This document shows positions 1 through 11,269 of a stretch of DNA of 64,000 nucleotides, one piece after another. The position numbers were made by a program, and so were the translations under genes. The DNA is from Nageia nagi (lineage: Eukaryota; Plantae; Pinophyta): NCBI GenBank assembly GCA_050084985.1, contig JBITNC010000001.1:28768001-28832000 (forward strand). The letters run 5' to 3'. Each line of letters begins with the position of its first letter. The stretch's first letter is position 1. Below the pieces are notes generated by a model. That model had not been told where the DNA came from. It ran no database searches and saw nothing but the letters and a program-made list of their open reading frames with translations.

Positions 1-1636
1 TAAGTTGTGGAAAAGTAGAATATGCTATTCATAAATAGAAATATCAAGCTAAAATTAATCAATATTTGAGATATTAAAATAAATATAGAACTAAAATTGC
101 ATGTCATACTTCCCAATACAACAGATTGAAGAGTATAGATTTTTCCTTCCATCCTACTATAGGAGACATGTTATGATCATCCTTCTTGCTTTCCCTTTTT
201 GTGATTCCCTCTTTCCCCAATTTGGTAGGATTCTTTGTATTTTTTATAGGATTTAATTTATAGTTAAATATTTTGGTGGTTTACATTGCTCTTCTTGGCC
301 ATCAAAATGTGTTTTTTGATGACAAAATGGATGATCTTGAGGAAGGAATATCTTATGGTCCAAGTAAATGGTATTTTTAGTGCATTTGAGATATCATGAA
401 CAAGTGTTTTCATTGCATACTACACATCCTATGGATACCTTTATCATATATATTGACATGTTTTCATAAGAAGGAAAATCATGAATGACCCACATCAATA
501 TTGTTCTCATATTGAATGTAGTATCATGAAATGCATCATAAGTTTATACTCCTTCAGTCCATAGTTTGTGTAGGTACTCAAACAACAACTATAAAAAATA
601 TAAATATATTTGCTTGCTTGATTGGGTCTAGGTATTAACAAGATGAGAATTGAATAATTTCTCTTCATTGACATCCATAATGGAAGGTTGTACATGACCA
701 ATACAATAGGTTAACAACTATAACCATAACTAAAATCAACAAAAGGGTTGAACCTATCAATTTCAATTTCCAATTGTACATTATGTGGATCATAAAACAA
801 ATATGACCACTTAGAATCTATCATTTTCCATGTTGGAGATTCAATTGGATATTGCATATTAGTGTTTGAACTCTTGTGATAGGAATGCCACCTCATATTC
901 TCTACAACCATTTCAAAGATACAAGAAGAAAGCAACTCATTTCAACCACATCTAAAATTGTCAAAATAAAAAAATACAACAAAGCTAATGGTATAAATAA
1001 AAATGTTTACTTGTACATTCTCTGCAATCTCAATGTAATGGTAAGATACCTCAACACCTTCATAGGAATCTTAATTTATTGTTCAATTTTTGAATGGGGG
1101 TCAATTTTTCAATGACAAGCACTATATTTTTGGCAAGCTTGAATATTTTCATAATCTTTCTATATAAAATACAGTTATTTTTTCATGCATGTATCATTAC
1201 ATAATATAATCCCAATGGTTTTAGCATTTTCTTCGCCACATATGGGGCCTCTAGAATTGCATTGTTGATTAGTAGCATATATTTTAGAACCAAGTTCTTG
1301 AACAGTATATGAGCAATTCATATTGAACATTATAATAATATCATATTTTACACATTCTATATTTGGACACTCATCCATGGCAGTGCATGCATCTAATGTA
1401 TATTCAACAGTAGATGTTTTTCTCCATGCATGAAAAAAATCATTATATGTCTTGTCCATTTTATGGATAAATAAGGGGTTACGAACATTCTCAAACTAAG
1501 AGTTTTCATATTTTATCAAACTGACATGGAAATATAATTATTTTAATATTCCTTAAATTCTTTCTTGCAAAATTAATGAATTCCTCAACCCATAGTTCTT
1601 GCTATTTCTATGTGCTTGTAGCCAATCTTTTTCCAT
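1..1636 (-). pseudogene. CACTA/En-Spm Tnp2 transposase relic (transposase-associated domain plus Transposase_21 domain), running off the window start
   Basis: Minus-strand translation from ATG 1636 reads MEKDWLQAHRNSKNY..VEEFINFARK..FPC..MDKTYN..HGE. Further down are MRWH..YPIESPTWKMIDSKW..DPHNVQLEIEIDRFNPF..SYSC (711-935), VMYNLPLWMSMKRNYSILILLIP (507-701) and a WK.KSILFNLLYWE-like motif near 110-150. Many stops and frameshifts. Confidence 0.9.
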
Positions 1637-1699
1637 GATGTTTGATAAAAACTCTCCTTATACCTAGCCACATCATAGATAATGTGCAATTTAACTTTG

Positions 1700-2416
1700 A
1701 TGCATGACCTAATAGATATGTATGCAAAATGTATAAGAATAGACAAGACCCTATTGCATTATTCCTAGGATGAATCAGTATACATGCATTGTTGACCTTA
1801 GCAATGCAGGTTATGTAGACACAATTGCATGGAATACAATAATAGGATATGCACAAAATGGATTGACCACCATGTGAGATATAGAATAAGGTATAGAAAT
1901 ACCTCATAGAGTAGTTAAAAATGGTTTTGCATCAAATGTTATGGTTATGAATTCCTTGATTATCATGTATGCAAAATATTGAAGACTTAAGAATTCATTA
2001 ACAATATGCATGATGTAGACACCTTTTTATGAAATGCAATGATCTTAAGGATATGCACAAAATACGTTTTTTTGAAAAGGCCCTAGATAATTTTATGCAA
2101 ATGCAATTGTCAAATGTAAAATTAAACTCTATAACCTTTGCTAATATTATTTCAATATGTGCCACCATGGGAGCTCTAAAAGAAGGTATGGACATACATC
2201 AAAAAGTAGTTGAAAATGATTTTGCATTGAATATTGTGGTTGTGAATGCCCTAATAGGTATATATGCAAAATATTTAAGAATACATAAGGATAAAGAATT
2301 TTTTTAAAAGATGCATGATGCAGATATAGTTTCATGTAATGTAATGATTAAAGAATATACAATGCATGACTACAACAATGATGCCCTTAAACTCTTTGAT
2401 CTACTAGAGAACTTGG
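1700..2416 (+). pseudogene. PLS-class pentatricopeptide repeat (PPR) gene fragment
   Basis: ORF 2029-2307 reads FEKALDNFMQMQLSNVKLNSITFANIISICATMGALKEGMDIHQKVVENDFALNIVVVNALIGIYAK. It is flanked by LIDMYAKC (~1708), a WNT.IGYAQNG-like motif (~1830-1862) and DADIVSCNVMIKEYTMHDYNNDALKLFDL (~2317-2403). Frameshifted and internally deleted. Confidence 0.88.
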
Positions 2417-4583
2417 TGTACACCAAGATTTATGCTTAATGTGGACTAAAACACATAAATGAGTTAGTAACACATACAAATATCAAATATACATAACATA
2501 TATTTTACTCAATTTGAATGATGCAATATTGTGTAAAGGTATGCTTAAAACATCAAATAATGCTTTAAAACTTGATTATATTGCTAAAAATACCTAAATG
2601 AATCTAACCAAGGTAGGGGGACCTACAATTTAGGCCCCTTAAGGAACCAAAATGAGCTTAGAGTGAGTGATATCACTCCAAAATGCAATGTAAGCCCCCT
2701 AACCTCCAATCAATGAAGAAAACAAAATTATAGATGCCTATGATGAAAGATGTGTATGCTTATATGCTCTTTTGATAATTTGAAAGGTGTAATTTAGAAT
2801 TCTAGCTTGATCTTTGCATGTTTTTATGAACAATTATGGAATCAAGTGTTTCAAACTCTAAGCAAGCTTAAAACCCTATGAATAGTAAAGACCTTTAGAG
2901 ATCCTTGAATCTATGAGATCCAAGGATACCAACAAGACTAAAAAGATGTTTAGACCTTCAAATAATAATTAGAATTCTATGGATGAAATGCAAAAATTAT
3001 TTAGTGGAGGATACAAATGTTGATAGATCCAAGCTTTTCCATGATGAGATTGTCCCCAAACCTACAAAAACCTTGAAGATACTATAATATATGCAATGCA
3101 AAGTGAATTCACCATAAAAATATTACCACAATGAGTGTAGCATGAAGATATTGAGCTTGGTGTGGTAGTAAATCCTTCAAAAGCATGTAACACTTGAATT
3201 ATCCTTTAAACCTATGAGAAATCTTGGAGGAGATATTAGGAGCATTAATCACAAGTGTGCAAAAGCATTAGAAGAATAATGAGCCAAGAGTTGAACTCTA
3301 ATTTTGCATTGTGTTATATACCTCTTATTTTACAACTTAAGTGTAATATATCTAAATACCCACTTTTGCACTTTATTTAACTTATAAGTGATTTTAACTC
3401 TTTTTGACCTATTTTAACTTTTGAGAATATTTGAAGTTCCTTTTTAGAATATTTAAACATTAGGAATTGAGAAAAATAATGAATTAATCATTCCAATGCA
3501 ATTTAACTCATTTTATATAGAAAAGTGTTATTTTTTGGTGGCTACATGTTACCCCTATTGGACTAAGTCTTTTGTCAAAAAAGATTTAGTTCAATATATG
3601 TACATAGATATGTGTTTTCTTAAGAAATCATTTTGAATATTTGAAAGAATCTATAAGTTTGCAACTTTATACAAATATGCATAGAAATTTGAATGTACTT
3701 ATCAACAATTCAATCCCTAAATAATGTGTTTATGATGGAAAAAAGTATAAAATTTGAACCAACTTATATAGTATTTAACACCCACCAAACCTATGCAAAG
3801 TTATTTGTGAAGTATTTAAAAAAATTATAAAATTTAAAGAAAATATGAATAGCAATTTGAATGTACTTTTCAACAATTCAAACCCTAAACAATGTGTTCA
3901 TGGTAGAAAAAATTGTAAAATTCAAAACAAATATGAATAGCAATTTGAAAATACTTTTCAATAATTTGAACCCTAAATAATGTGTTCATGGTAGAAAAAT
4001 TGTAAAATTCAGAATAAATATGAATAACAATTTGAATGTACTTTTTTATAATTCAAATCCTAAACAATGTGTTCATGATAGAAAAAACTATAAAATTCAA
4101 AATAATTTATATAGTAATTGATACTCGCCAAGCCTATGCAAAGTTGTTTCATGAAGGTAAAACCTTGAACCACTTATATAGTATTTGATGCCCACAAAAA
4201 CTATACAAAGCGTTCATAATAGAAAAATTTCTAAAATAATTATATAGGATTTGATTCATAATCTATATCAAATCTAAGGAAAACATTCATGAAGGTAGGA
4301 ATTTGAGCCACTTATATTGTATTTGATAATTGCATACGTCAAACATATGCAAAGTGTTCAAGAATTTGAAACTTTGAACCACTTATATAGTATTTTATGA
4401 TTGTATACGTCAAACCTATGCACAACATTCATGAAGGGGTAAGTATGTAGACTTACTAACAAGCATGTAGTCTTGCTAAAATTTTGAAATTTGAACTTTT
4501 GCATTTTAAAATAAAAGCATTTTTGCATTCATAAATTTTGGTAATTTCAACTTTGAAAATTTTAGAAGAACTATTTCACTTTT
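2417..4583 (-). mobile_element. Old LTR-like sequence (solo or partial LTR), probably continued at 59821-59941 beyond the L1-1 insertion
   Basis: Begins with TG (tgtacacc) where the PPR homology stops. Non-coding, with a minus-strand TATA-like tatataa near 3312-3318 and tandem subrepeats. The T-rich ttttgaaattt texture at 4480-4583 resumes at 59821-59941. No partner LTR seen. Confidence 0.4.
3680..4440. repeat. Degenerate tandem subrepeats: ~88-bp unit (tttgaatgtacttttcaacaattcaaaccctaaacaatgtgttcatggtagaaaa) x4 and ~70-bp unit (gaaccacttatatagtatttga..caaacctatgcaaag) x5-6
   Basis: The first motif recurs at ~3688, 3856, 3945 and 4031. The second recurs at ~3755, 4105, 4166, 4304 and 4376. 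Confidence 0.8.
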
Positions 4584-6765
4584 GAAAAAAAAAATTGAAT
4601 GAAAAAGGCTTGTATATTACTAAAATATTTTCCATACCAAAGAGGGTGGGTGGGATTGAGCACACCTTGTGGAATACCACAACAAACTAACTACTTAGTA
4701 GTTGGGAATGGATTACAAAAACCTTGTATAAAAAAGATCATGCCAAAGTATAATAATGACTACCAACAAACCATCAAACTCCATAATAAAAATCAAAATC
4801 ATATTCCTAAAATCTTAACAACCAATAAAATAAAATACCTTATCAATCATGAGAAGGTGAAAGATGAAAATTATCAATAAATTGCATATGTTTCCAAATA
4901 CCACACTCAACAGTAACAATATTCCAACCATCATGTAATTACTTCTATTGGCATTAGCACACATATCAACATCATGATCCAATTAGGGTGAGGGATTTAA
5001 AATGTCTCCCCATCTCATAATCGGGGTAGAAATTCCAATTGAACATCCCATCTGCTATGAGAATAGGAAGTAGCAGGCTCTCTATGTTGTATGCATTTGG
5101 GGTTAGGTGAAGGTTATGACCAGTGCCAAGGTGAATTGGTAGGAGTGGCACCAACAAATAAACACTATGATGGAGTAGGGGTACAACTATGTGACCAACA
5201 TTAAGGGCCTCCATGAGACCATGCCTAATGAGGAGGAAACACAACAAGAGAGACACAACTAATAGTTCAAGGAGTATTCCCCCAATGGTCAAGTAAATTG
5301 TGTAAGTGTTGAACCTTTAGATGAATTTTTTTCATCTGCATCACAATCTACAACTAACAATCATAGAAAATAACTTATTTATCTTGAGGGGAATTCTTAG
5401 TAAAACACAATATTATTTCTTATTTTCCATATATGGTAGAGAATATTTATTTTGCAAATATGCCAAACTTTACCTAAGGGCTATGAAAATTGAAAAGGAT
5501 CCCTAAGAATAATATGAACCCACTAGCAAGGAGACACTAACAAAGGATTAAAAAAGGAAAGAATCCAATCCCAAGCCTACTTGACCTTAGTGCATGACCA
5601 AAATATATGGGGAAAGTCTTTAGAATATTGAAAACAAGGAAAATCAAGGTTAACCACACCCAAATATGTACATCGATTCCCAATAGGAAGACCCTGATGC
5701 AGAAGACTCCAAATGAAAAAACTCTACATAGGTTCAATATACTTAGCCTAAATAACAAAAAAATACAAAGACCACCTAGATTGGGAAGAAATAATATCCC
5801 ATATAAGGTTAAGCATATGATACATAGGGACATTGGGAGAAATCCATGAATAATCATGATAAAATTTATACTTAACAAAACCCATATGCCAAGGCCAAAA
5901 TGAATCTGACCACCACTTCTTTTGAAAATGGATACCAAGCTTCCTTTATATGGAAAATAAAGTTCTATTTATAACTAAATCAAAATTATCTTTATCATCC
6001 ACTTTAATATTGAAAATGTACCAAAAACCATCCCATAAATGCCAGGTTTTGGTATGGGAATCAAAAAATTGAAGAATGGACCCAATTCCCTTCTCATAAA
6101 ATCTCAAAGCTTGAACCTATTGAACTTGAGAAAGAAGCAACCACTCATAATAAAAAGATTTTGAACACTAAATATTGATCAAATCTAGAGAAGCACCCAT
6201 GGACTTACTTTGAATATGCTAATTAAGCCAAGGTTTAAGTGATTCCTAAGCTTTCTAAAAGCTCTTAATTATAAAAGAACCTAGAATTCTGATAGCAATA
6301 GGAGTAGTGAGGAGGGTCTAAAGAGAAAGAATCATCTAAGCTTTTTTGCTAAAAGGAAGCCCCTAATAAATGCAATGGAAAACCAAAAGCTTCTAAGATT
6401 CATTCCCCTTCAAATATTGCAAAATCTATTTTACACACAAAGAAAAAACCTAAGAATTACAATAAAAAAGACCCATACCATCAACAATCCAAGGAAGAAA
6501 ACAAGTTTCCTAGGCCACTTTGTGAAATCCTCATTTATGAACATTAGAAGCCCATAGAAAATCCCTTAGCAATTAATCTAGATTTTGATAACAAGATTTG
6601 GAAGGCACCCAACAGGAATAATAGTAAACATGAGTTAAAGTGAGAAACTTAGAATAAATCAAAAAATTTCTAGTTAAAAATAATTTCTTGGTGATCCAGT
6701 AACTCAACTTTTTCTTAACCTTTGAAATTATAAAATTTCACAACTAAGTAAGGAAGGCCTAAAAA
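4584..6765 (-). mobile_element. L1-1 LINE, 3' segment: ORF2 C-terminus (post-RT region, zf-RVT) and 3' tail
   Basis: Minus strand reads RKKLSYWITKKL..THVYYYSCWVPSKSCYQNLD*LLRDFLWA (6550-6730), FFIWSLLHQGLPIGNR..HIFWSCTKVK*AWDWI (zf-RVT, ~5565-5725) and YHIWKIRNNIVF (~5400-5440). It joins 30033 across element A (KFLGFPFAF|RPS). Confidence 0.85.
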
Positions 6766-7485
6766 TGATCTAAATTGGATCCTGTTAGGTTGACCTCTAT
6801 AGGAGTACTCATTCTAAAGATATTTATGCTTGGATACTAACTAAAGACCAAAATATGGAGGTGATTGGTGATAGAAATGACACTTTAACAATGTGCATCT
6901 ACTATTTTTAGGCCATTAATGATGTATGACTTGATGATTCAGCAATAGAAGTTGAAGGGGCATCGATGATTTGAGAATCTGATCAATTTAGGATCATCAA
7001 CCAGCATATTGGAGATATTTCTAGGCTTATTTAAAGATGTGCTTCTCTCTTGATTCTACAATGGAGTTTTAGTGAATTTTTGAGTTTTGAGATTATAAGA
7101 ATTTGAAGGAATGCCAAGAATCATTCTAGAATTTTTGTAGTTTTGAAGTTGTCCTTCTTACTTTAGAAGATTGTAATAATATTGTAGGAGATGGTATTAC
7201 CATTATTTTGATATTATTTCTTTATATGTATTCAATACTGTAATATCCATAGATAATGTGAAGAGAAGGCTCCAATTCTATGCTAGATTAGTCCACATTA
7301 GGTGAACCAAGGTAAATCATTATGTTGATCTTATTGTGTTTGATTGAGATTGTTAGCTTATAATTTTACATTATGTAATTTCAAATTCATATGCAATTTG
7401 ATGGGTCTCATAATGGTGAATGTTTATTCATTTAAATATGTGAGGATCCAAAAATGTTATATGCATCCAGTGATTATAGATTGCA
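6766..7485 (+). repeat. Element A 5' LTR (~720 bp, TG...CA)
   Basis: tgatctaaattggatcctgttaggttg... aligns along its length with tgatccagattggatcatgttaggttg... at 29306. Confidence 0.9.
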
Positions 7486-7497
7486 TGATATCAAAGC
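7486..7497 (+). promoter_or_regulatory. Element A primer-binding site (decayed tRNA-iMet type)
   Basis: tgatatcaaagc versus canonical tggtatcagagc (two G>A changes), directly after the LTR-terminal CA. Confidence 0.8.
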
Positions 7498-8001
7498 TTG
7501 TATATGCAAAATTTGGGGCCAAAATTATGGGGATTTTAGGTTGTTAGTGGTGTACTTTTTGATGTTCAAGATATCTCAAAGACCAAAATTGATTCTAGAG
7601 GATCTTGAGATTGGTCAAATGGGCAGATTGATCGAAATAAATAATGTGGAGGAGCAATAGTCTGTTGGTCATACCATGTTAGATTCTAATTTTGAAAGGA
7701 TATTTTTGGTAATAAAGAATCATTTGGCTTGTTTGGTTGAGTTGTTGGTGTAGACACATTAAATTTAGCACCATGCACTACATTTGGAAAAACCTAATAT
7801 GTTTGTTTGATTTAGCATTGTCAAGCATATTTTGATAATTTTGATCATATCTAATAATGATTTCAAAAATCATTTATTTTCTTATCATAGTCAATTTGTA
7901 ATTCATATTTTTCATATTAAATGCTTGTTTATCATAGTCACTTAGTTTGGAAATTAGAATTTATATTTATCATATTATTGCATTTTGATTATGGCTTTAT
8001 A

Positions 8002-8860
8002 CTTGGAAAACACATTAGACTTAGTCATGTTTAATGCGTTTTCGATCATAATCACTTACTTGGAAAATACAATTCAATTTAATCATGTTATTTGTATTTT
8101 TGATCATTTTTACTTATTTGGAAAATACATTATACTTAGTCATGTTTACCGTATTTTTGATCATAATCACTTGGAAAATACAATTAAACTTAGTCATATT
8201 TATTTGTATTTTTGATCATTTTGTTTATTTGGAAAATACATTAGACTTAGTCATGTCTAATGTGTTTTCGATCATGATCACTTATTTAGAAAATACATTA
8301 GACTTAGTCATGTTTAATGTGTTTTTGATCATAATCATTTATTTGGAAAATACAATTCAATTTAGTCATGTTCATTTAAATTTTCAATCATTTTTACTTA
8401 TTTGAAAAATACGTTAGACTTAGTCATGTTTAATGTGTTTTCGATCATAATCATTTGCTTGGAAAATACAATTAAACTTAGTCATATTTATTTGTATTTT
8501 TGATCATTTTATTTATTTGAAAAATACATTAGATTTAGTCATGTATAATGTATTTTCAATCATGATCACTTATTTGAAAAATACATTAGATACTTAGTCA
8601 TGTTTAATGTGTTTTTGATCATAACCACTTACTTGGAAAATACAATTAAACTTAGTCATGTTTATTTGTATTTTCAATCATTTTATTTATTTGAAAAATA
8701 CATTAAACTTAATCATGTTTATTGTATTTTTTATCATAATTATATACTTGGAAATTACAACTAAACTTAGTCATGTTTATTGCAATTCGATCATAGTCAT
8801 TTAAAAAATATAATTGAACTTAGTCATGTTTCTTGTATTTTGAACCATGCTTAATTATTG
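8002..8860. repeat. ~57-bp tandem array (~15 units) inside B 5' LTR, with higher-order A-B-A-B-A' periodicity
   Basis: Units tggaaaatacattagacttagtcatgtttaatgtgttttcgatcataatcacttact (A) and tggaaaatacaattaaacttagtcatgtttatttgtattttcaatcattttatttatt (B) alternate. Confidence 0.92.
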
Positions 8861-10071
8861 AAAAATTGTAAAAATAATAATATTTATCATGTTATTTGCA
8901 ATATAGTCATAGTCATTTATTTTTGAAATATTAATTAGCATTTATCATGTTGATTGAGTAATCATGTTTTGTCAAATTTGAATTTGAATTATAGAGCATA
9001 AATGATTATCTTACTTTAATGTTACTAATGTGCTTTGTTAACTATGAGCAAAAAATTAAGGAGACATATCCCCCATTTGTCAAATCAAGCAACAACTCTT
9101 TCAAGGGGGAATATCAATTACAAATTTGAATTACAACAACTACATTTTAAAAAATATTATTTTAATCAAAGGCTCCCCTCCACTAAGAAGACAATGATCA
9201 CATCCAAGAGAAAAATACAATTTTGAAAGCAAGTTTTCATGAGTCTTTGAGAAATTGGTTTTGCAAGATTCTATGCATTATTGTGATAAATTTGCAGCTT
9301 TGATCATCTAGAAAACTTCATCAAGCAACAAAGAGGAAAATCTAGAAGTATTTTTGGTCTTGAAGTAAGCAATAAATAATTCATTTCAATCCTTATTCCT
9401 TCCATAAAACCTTGAACATACCCACCAGATGTTCCCTCGTCTTTTCTATGTTTTGTCTATACATCAACCTTATTTCATCATATGATCATGATGTTGGATT
9501 GAATTTTTTATTTTATGTTTAAATGCCTAGGGTCCCCATGTTTTTACAAACAAATGCAATTGTGTTTTTTAAATGCTAAGGGTTAATACATTTTTTTTAT
9601 CATATTAGAAGCAATTTTTGCGGGGAACCAAAACCCCATTAACATTGAGGGATTTTCAAATATAGCACAACCTTACAAAATATTTCTGAAAAAATGACCT
9701 GCTAACATCTACAAGTTGATAAGATACCATACCATGACACCCTAGATGGCTACCTAGCCTACTCCTAAACAGTCCCAACCATTCCTACATGATGCAAAAC
9801 AAAGCCAAATAGCTAGCCTTCCTATTACTATGATACCTCATCCTTTATGGTTTCCCATGCAAATGTTAATCATCCTTAGCTTCACACACTGCATGTTGTA
9901 GTTTTTCTAGTAGGGATATAATATTTGTTACTTTGGCTAGCATTTTTCTTCATAGATTCCTAATATCCTAGAGTAGCATTCATCTCATCACTTAGGTTCT
10001 CTTACGCATTCCTTCTACTTCCTTCTAGTTTTTTGAAGCCAAGTCCCCCTTAGAATCCTCAAAATCCAACT

Positions 10072-10827
10072 TTACCACTCTTTTGAGCTTATGTTTAGAG
10101 CTACTTCTATCTCTATCTGGGTCCTTCTACTTCCTATCTCTCCCGGTGTCATTGCATCAACCCTCCTTAGTACTAATCGAAAGTTTTTAAGGTCCCCTAC
10201 CCATCCTTATGTATGGGCAATCACTTTTGCAATCATCAAAAATAGCTCTTGGTGTAGGGAAAACTTTATGCACCCTCTCTGGAATTCCTTAATAGATTTC
10301 TCCAATTCCTTAAATAGAAAGTAAGGAATATTAATCTGCTTCTACCAATGCATGTTATTCAACAAATCTAGGTGATAGCCCCACACCCATAACATTTGTA
10401 CATCCAATATTAGATAAATTATAATTGTCCCTATCACTTTTTCATAAGGAGGAGGGAGCCCCTCCATCAAAATGAATTTACCATCCCATTTTATCTTCTC
10501 CTTAGAGGTGAATAAATCAATCTCCATTTGCTGGGGTTGTTTATCCCTAGTAATTTCTAGTCCTTCATAAATAAGGCTAGAGATCTCATAAATGATGGTC
10601 GAGGATATTTCAAAGGAAAATGCTCTAAATGTAACACAACCTTCTACCCAAACTCTATCCATATGGTGGCAGACTTTGATATCATATCCATCAAAAAGTT
10701 TTAGAAAATCCCAACATCTAGCTTTCTTTAGCTCTTCCTATACATCCTCACTCATAATGAGTTTGGATGGCTCCGATCTGAGGTCCTTATGCCCCTCCTC
10801 CACTATGTCTAGTTTACACTTTGCCAT
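10072..10827 (-). pseudogene. Extra ORF (ORF3-like, ~250 codons, 3 in-frame stops) in the 3' region of L1-2, function unknown
   Basis: One frame from ATG 10827: MAKCKLDIVEEGHKDLRSEPSKLIMSEDV*EELKKARCWDFLKLFDGYDIKVCHHMDRVWVEGCVTFRAFSFEISSTIIYEISSLIYEG..LPPPYEKVIGTIIIYLILD..YHLDLLNNMHW*KQINIPYFLFKELEKSI..SLHQELFLMI. It includes track ORF 10342-10662. Confidence 0.7.
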
Positions 10828-11269
10828 GAGAACTAGAGCTTGCTACATAGGGTAGCCTACCTTTTTAGCCAGAAGATGTTTGTCCATGATCCAACCACCT
10901 CCTCTTATTACTCTCACCCCTACTTCCCACCCTTTGCTTTTCCAATAAAAGGAGCTACATGTTGGATCACCCCCATATTACACACTTGCAACATGTAAGA
11001 CTCTCTTACACTTAAAAAAATGATGACCCTCACCTTTTTTGATCCCATATCATGTTTAGGAGTTTGCATAAGGTCCTTTGGCACATGTGAACCCATGTCA
11101 CCTTATTCATCGTGGTTGTTCCCTACCTCCTCCCATTGATCATCTTATTGAAACTTGACCACTATTTAGGGTCCCAAATCCATTTAAAAAGTCCTATTCT
11201 AAATTTTATAATTAAGCCAAAGATGTTGAACTTCAAATGGTAGAGTTTTCTCCCATACTTGACCCTAAA

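Noticed and set aside
2029-2307. Functional PPR gene
   Set aside because: Frameshifts, stops, missing termini and truncation by a repeat make it a fragment only.
2405-2427. Perfect 16-bp palindrome cttggtgtacaccaag next to CTAG, resembling a minus-strand Helitron 3' end
   Set aside because: The hairpin is only 4 nt from CTAG and is not GC-rich. Its left half is explicable as continuing PPR sequence and its right half as an LTR-like terminus. No Rep/helicase was seen.
8002-8860. CRISPR-like regular repeat array
   Set aside because: There are no unique spacers, the whole unit is repeated, it lies within both LTRs of a plant retroelement, and no cas genes are present.
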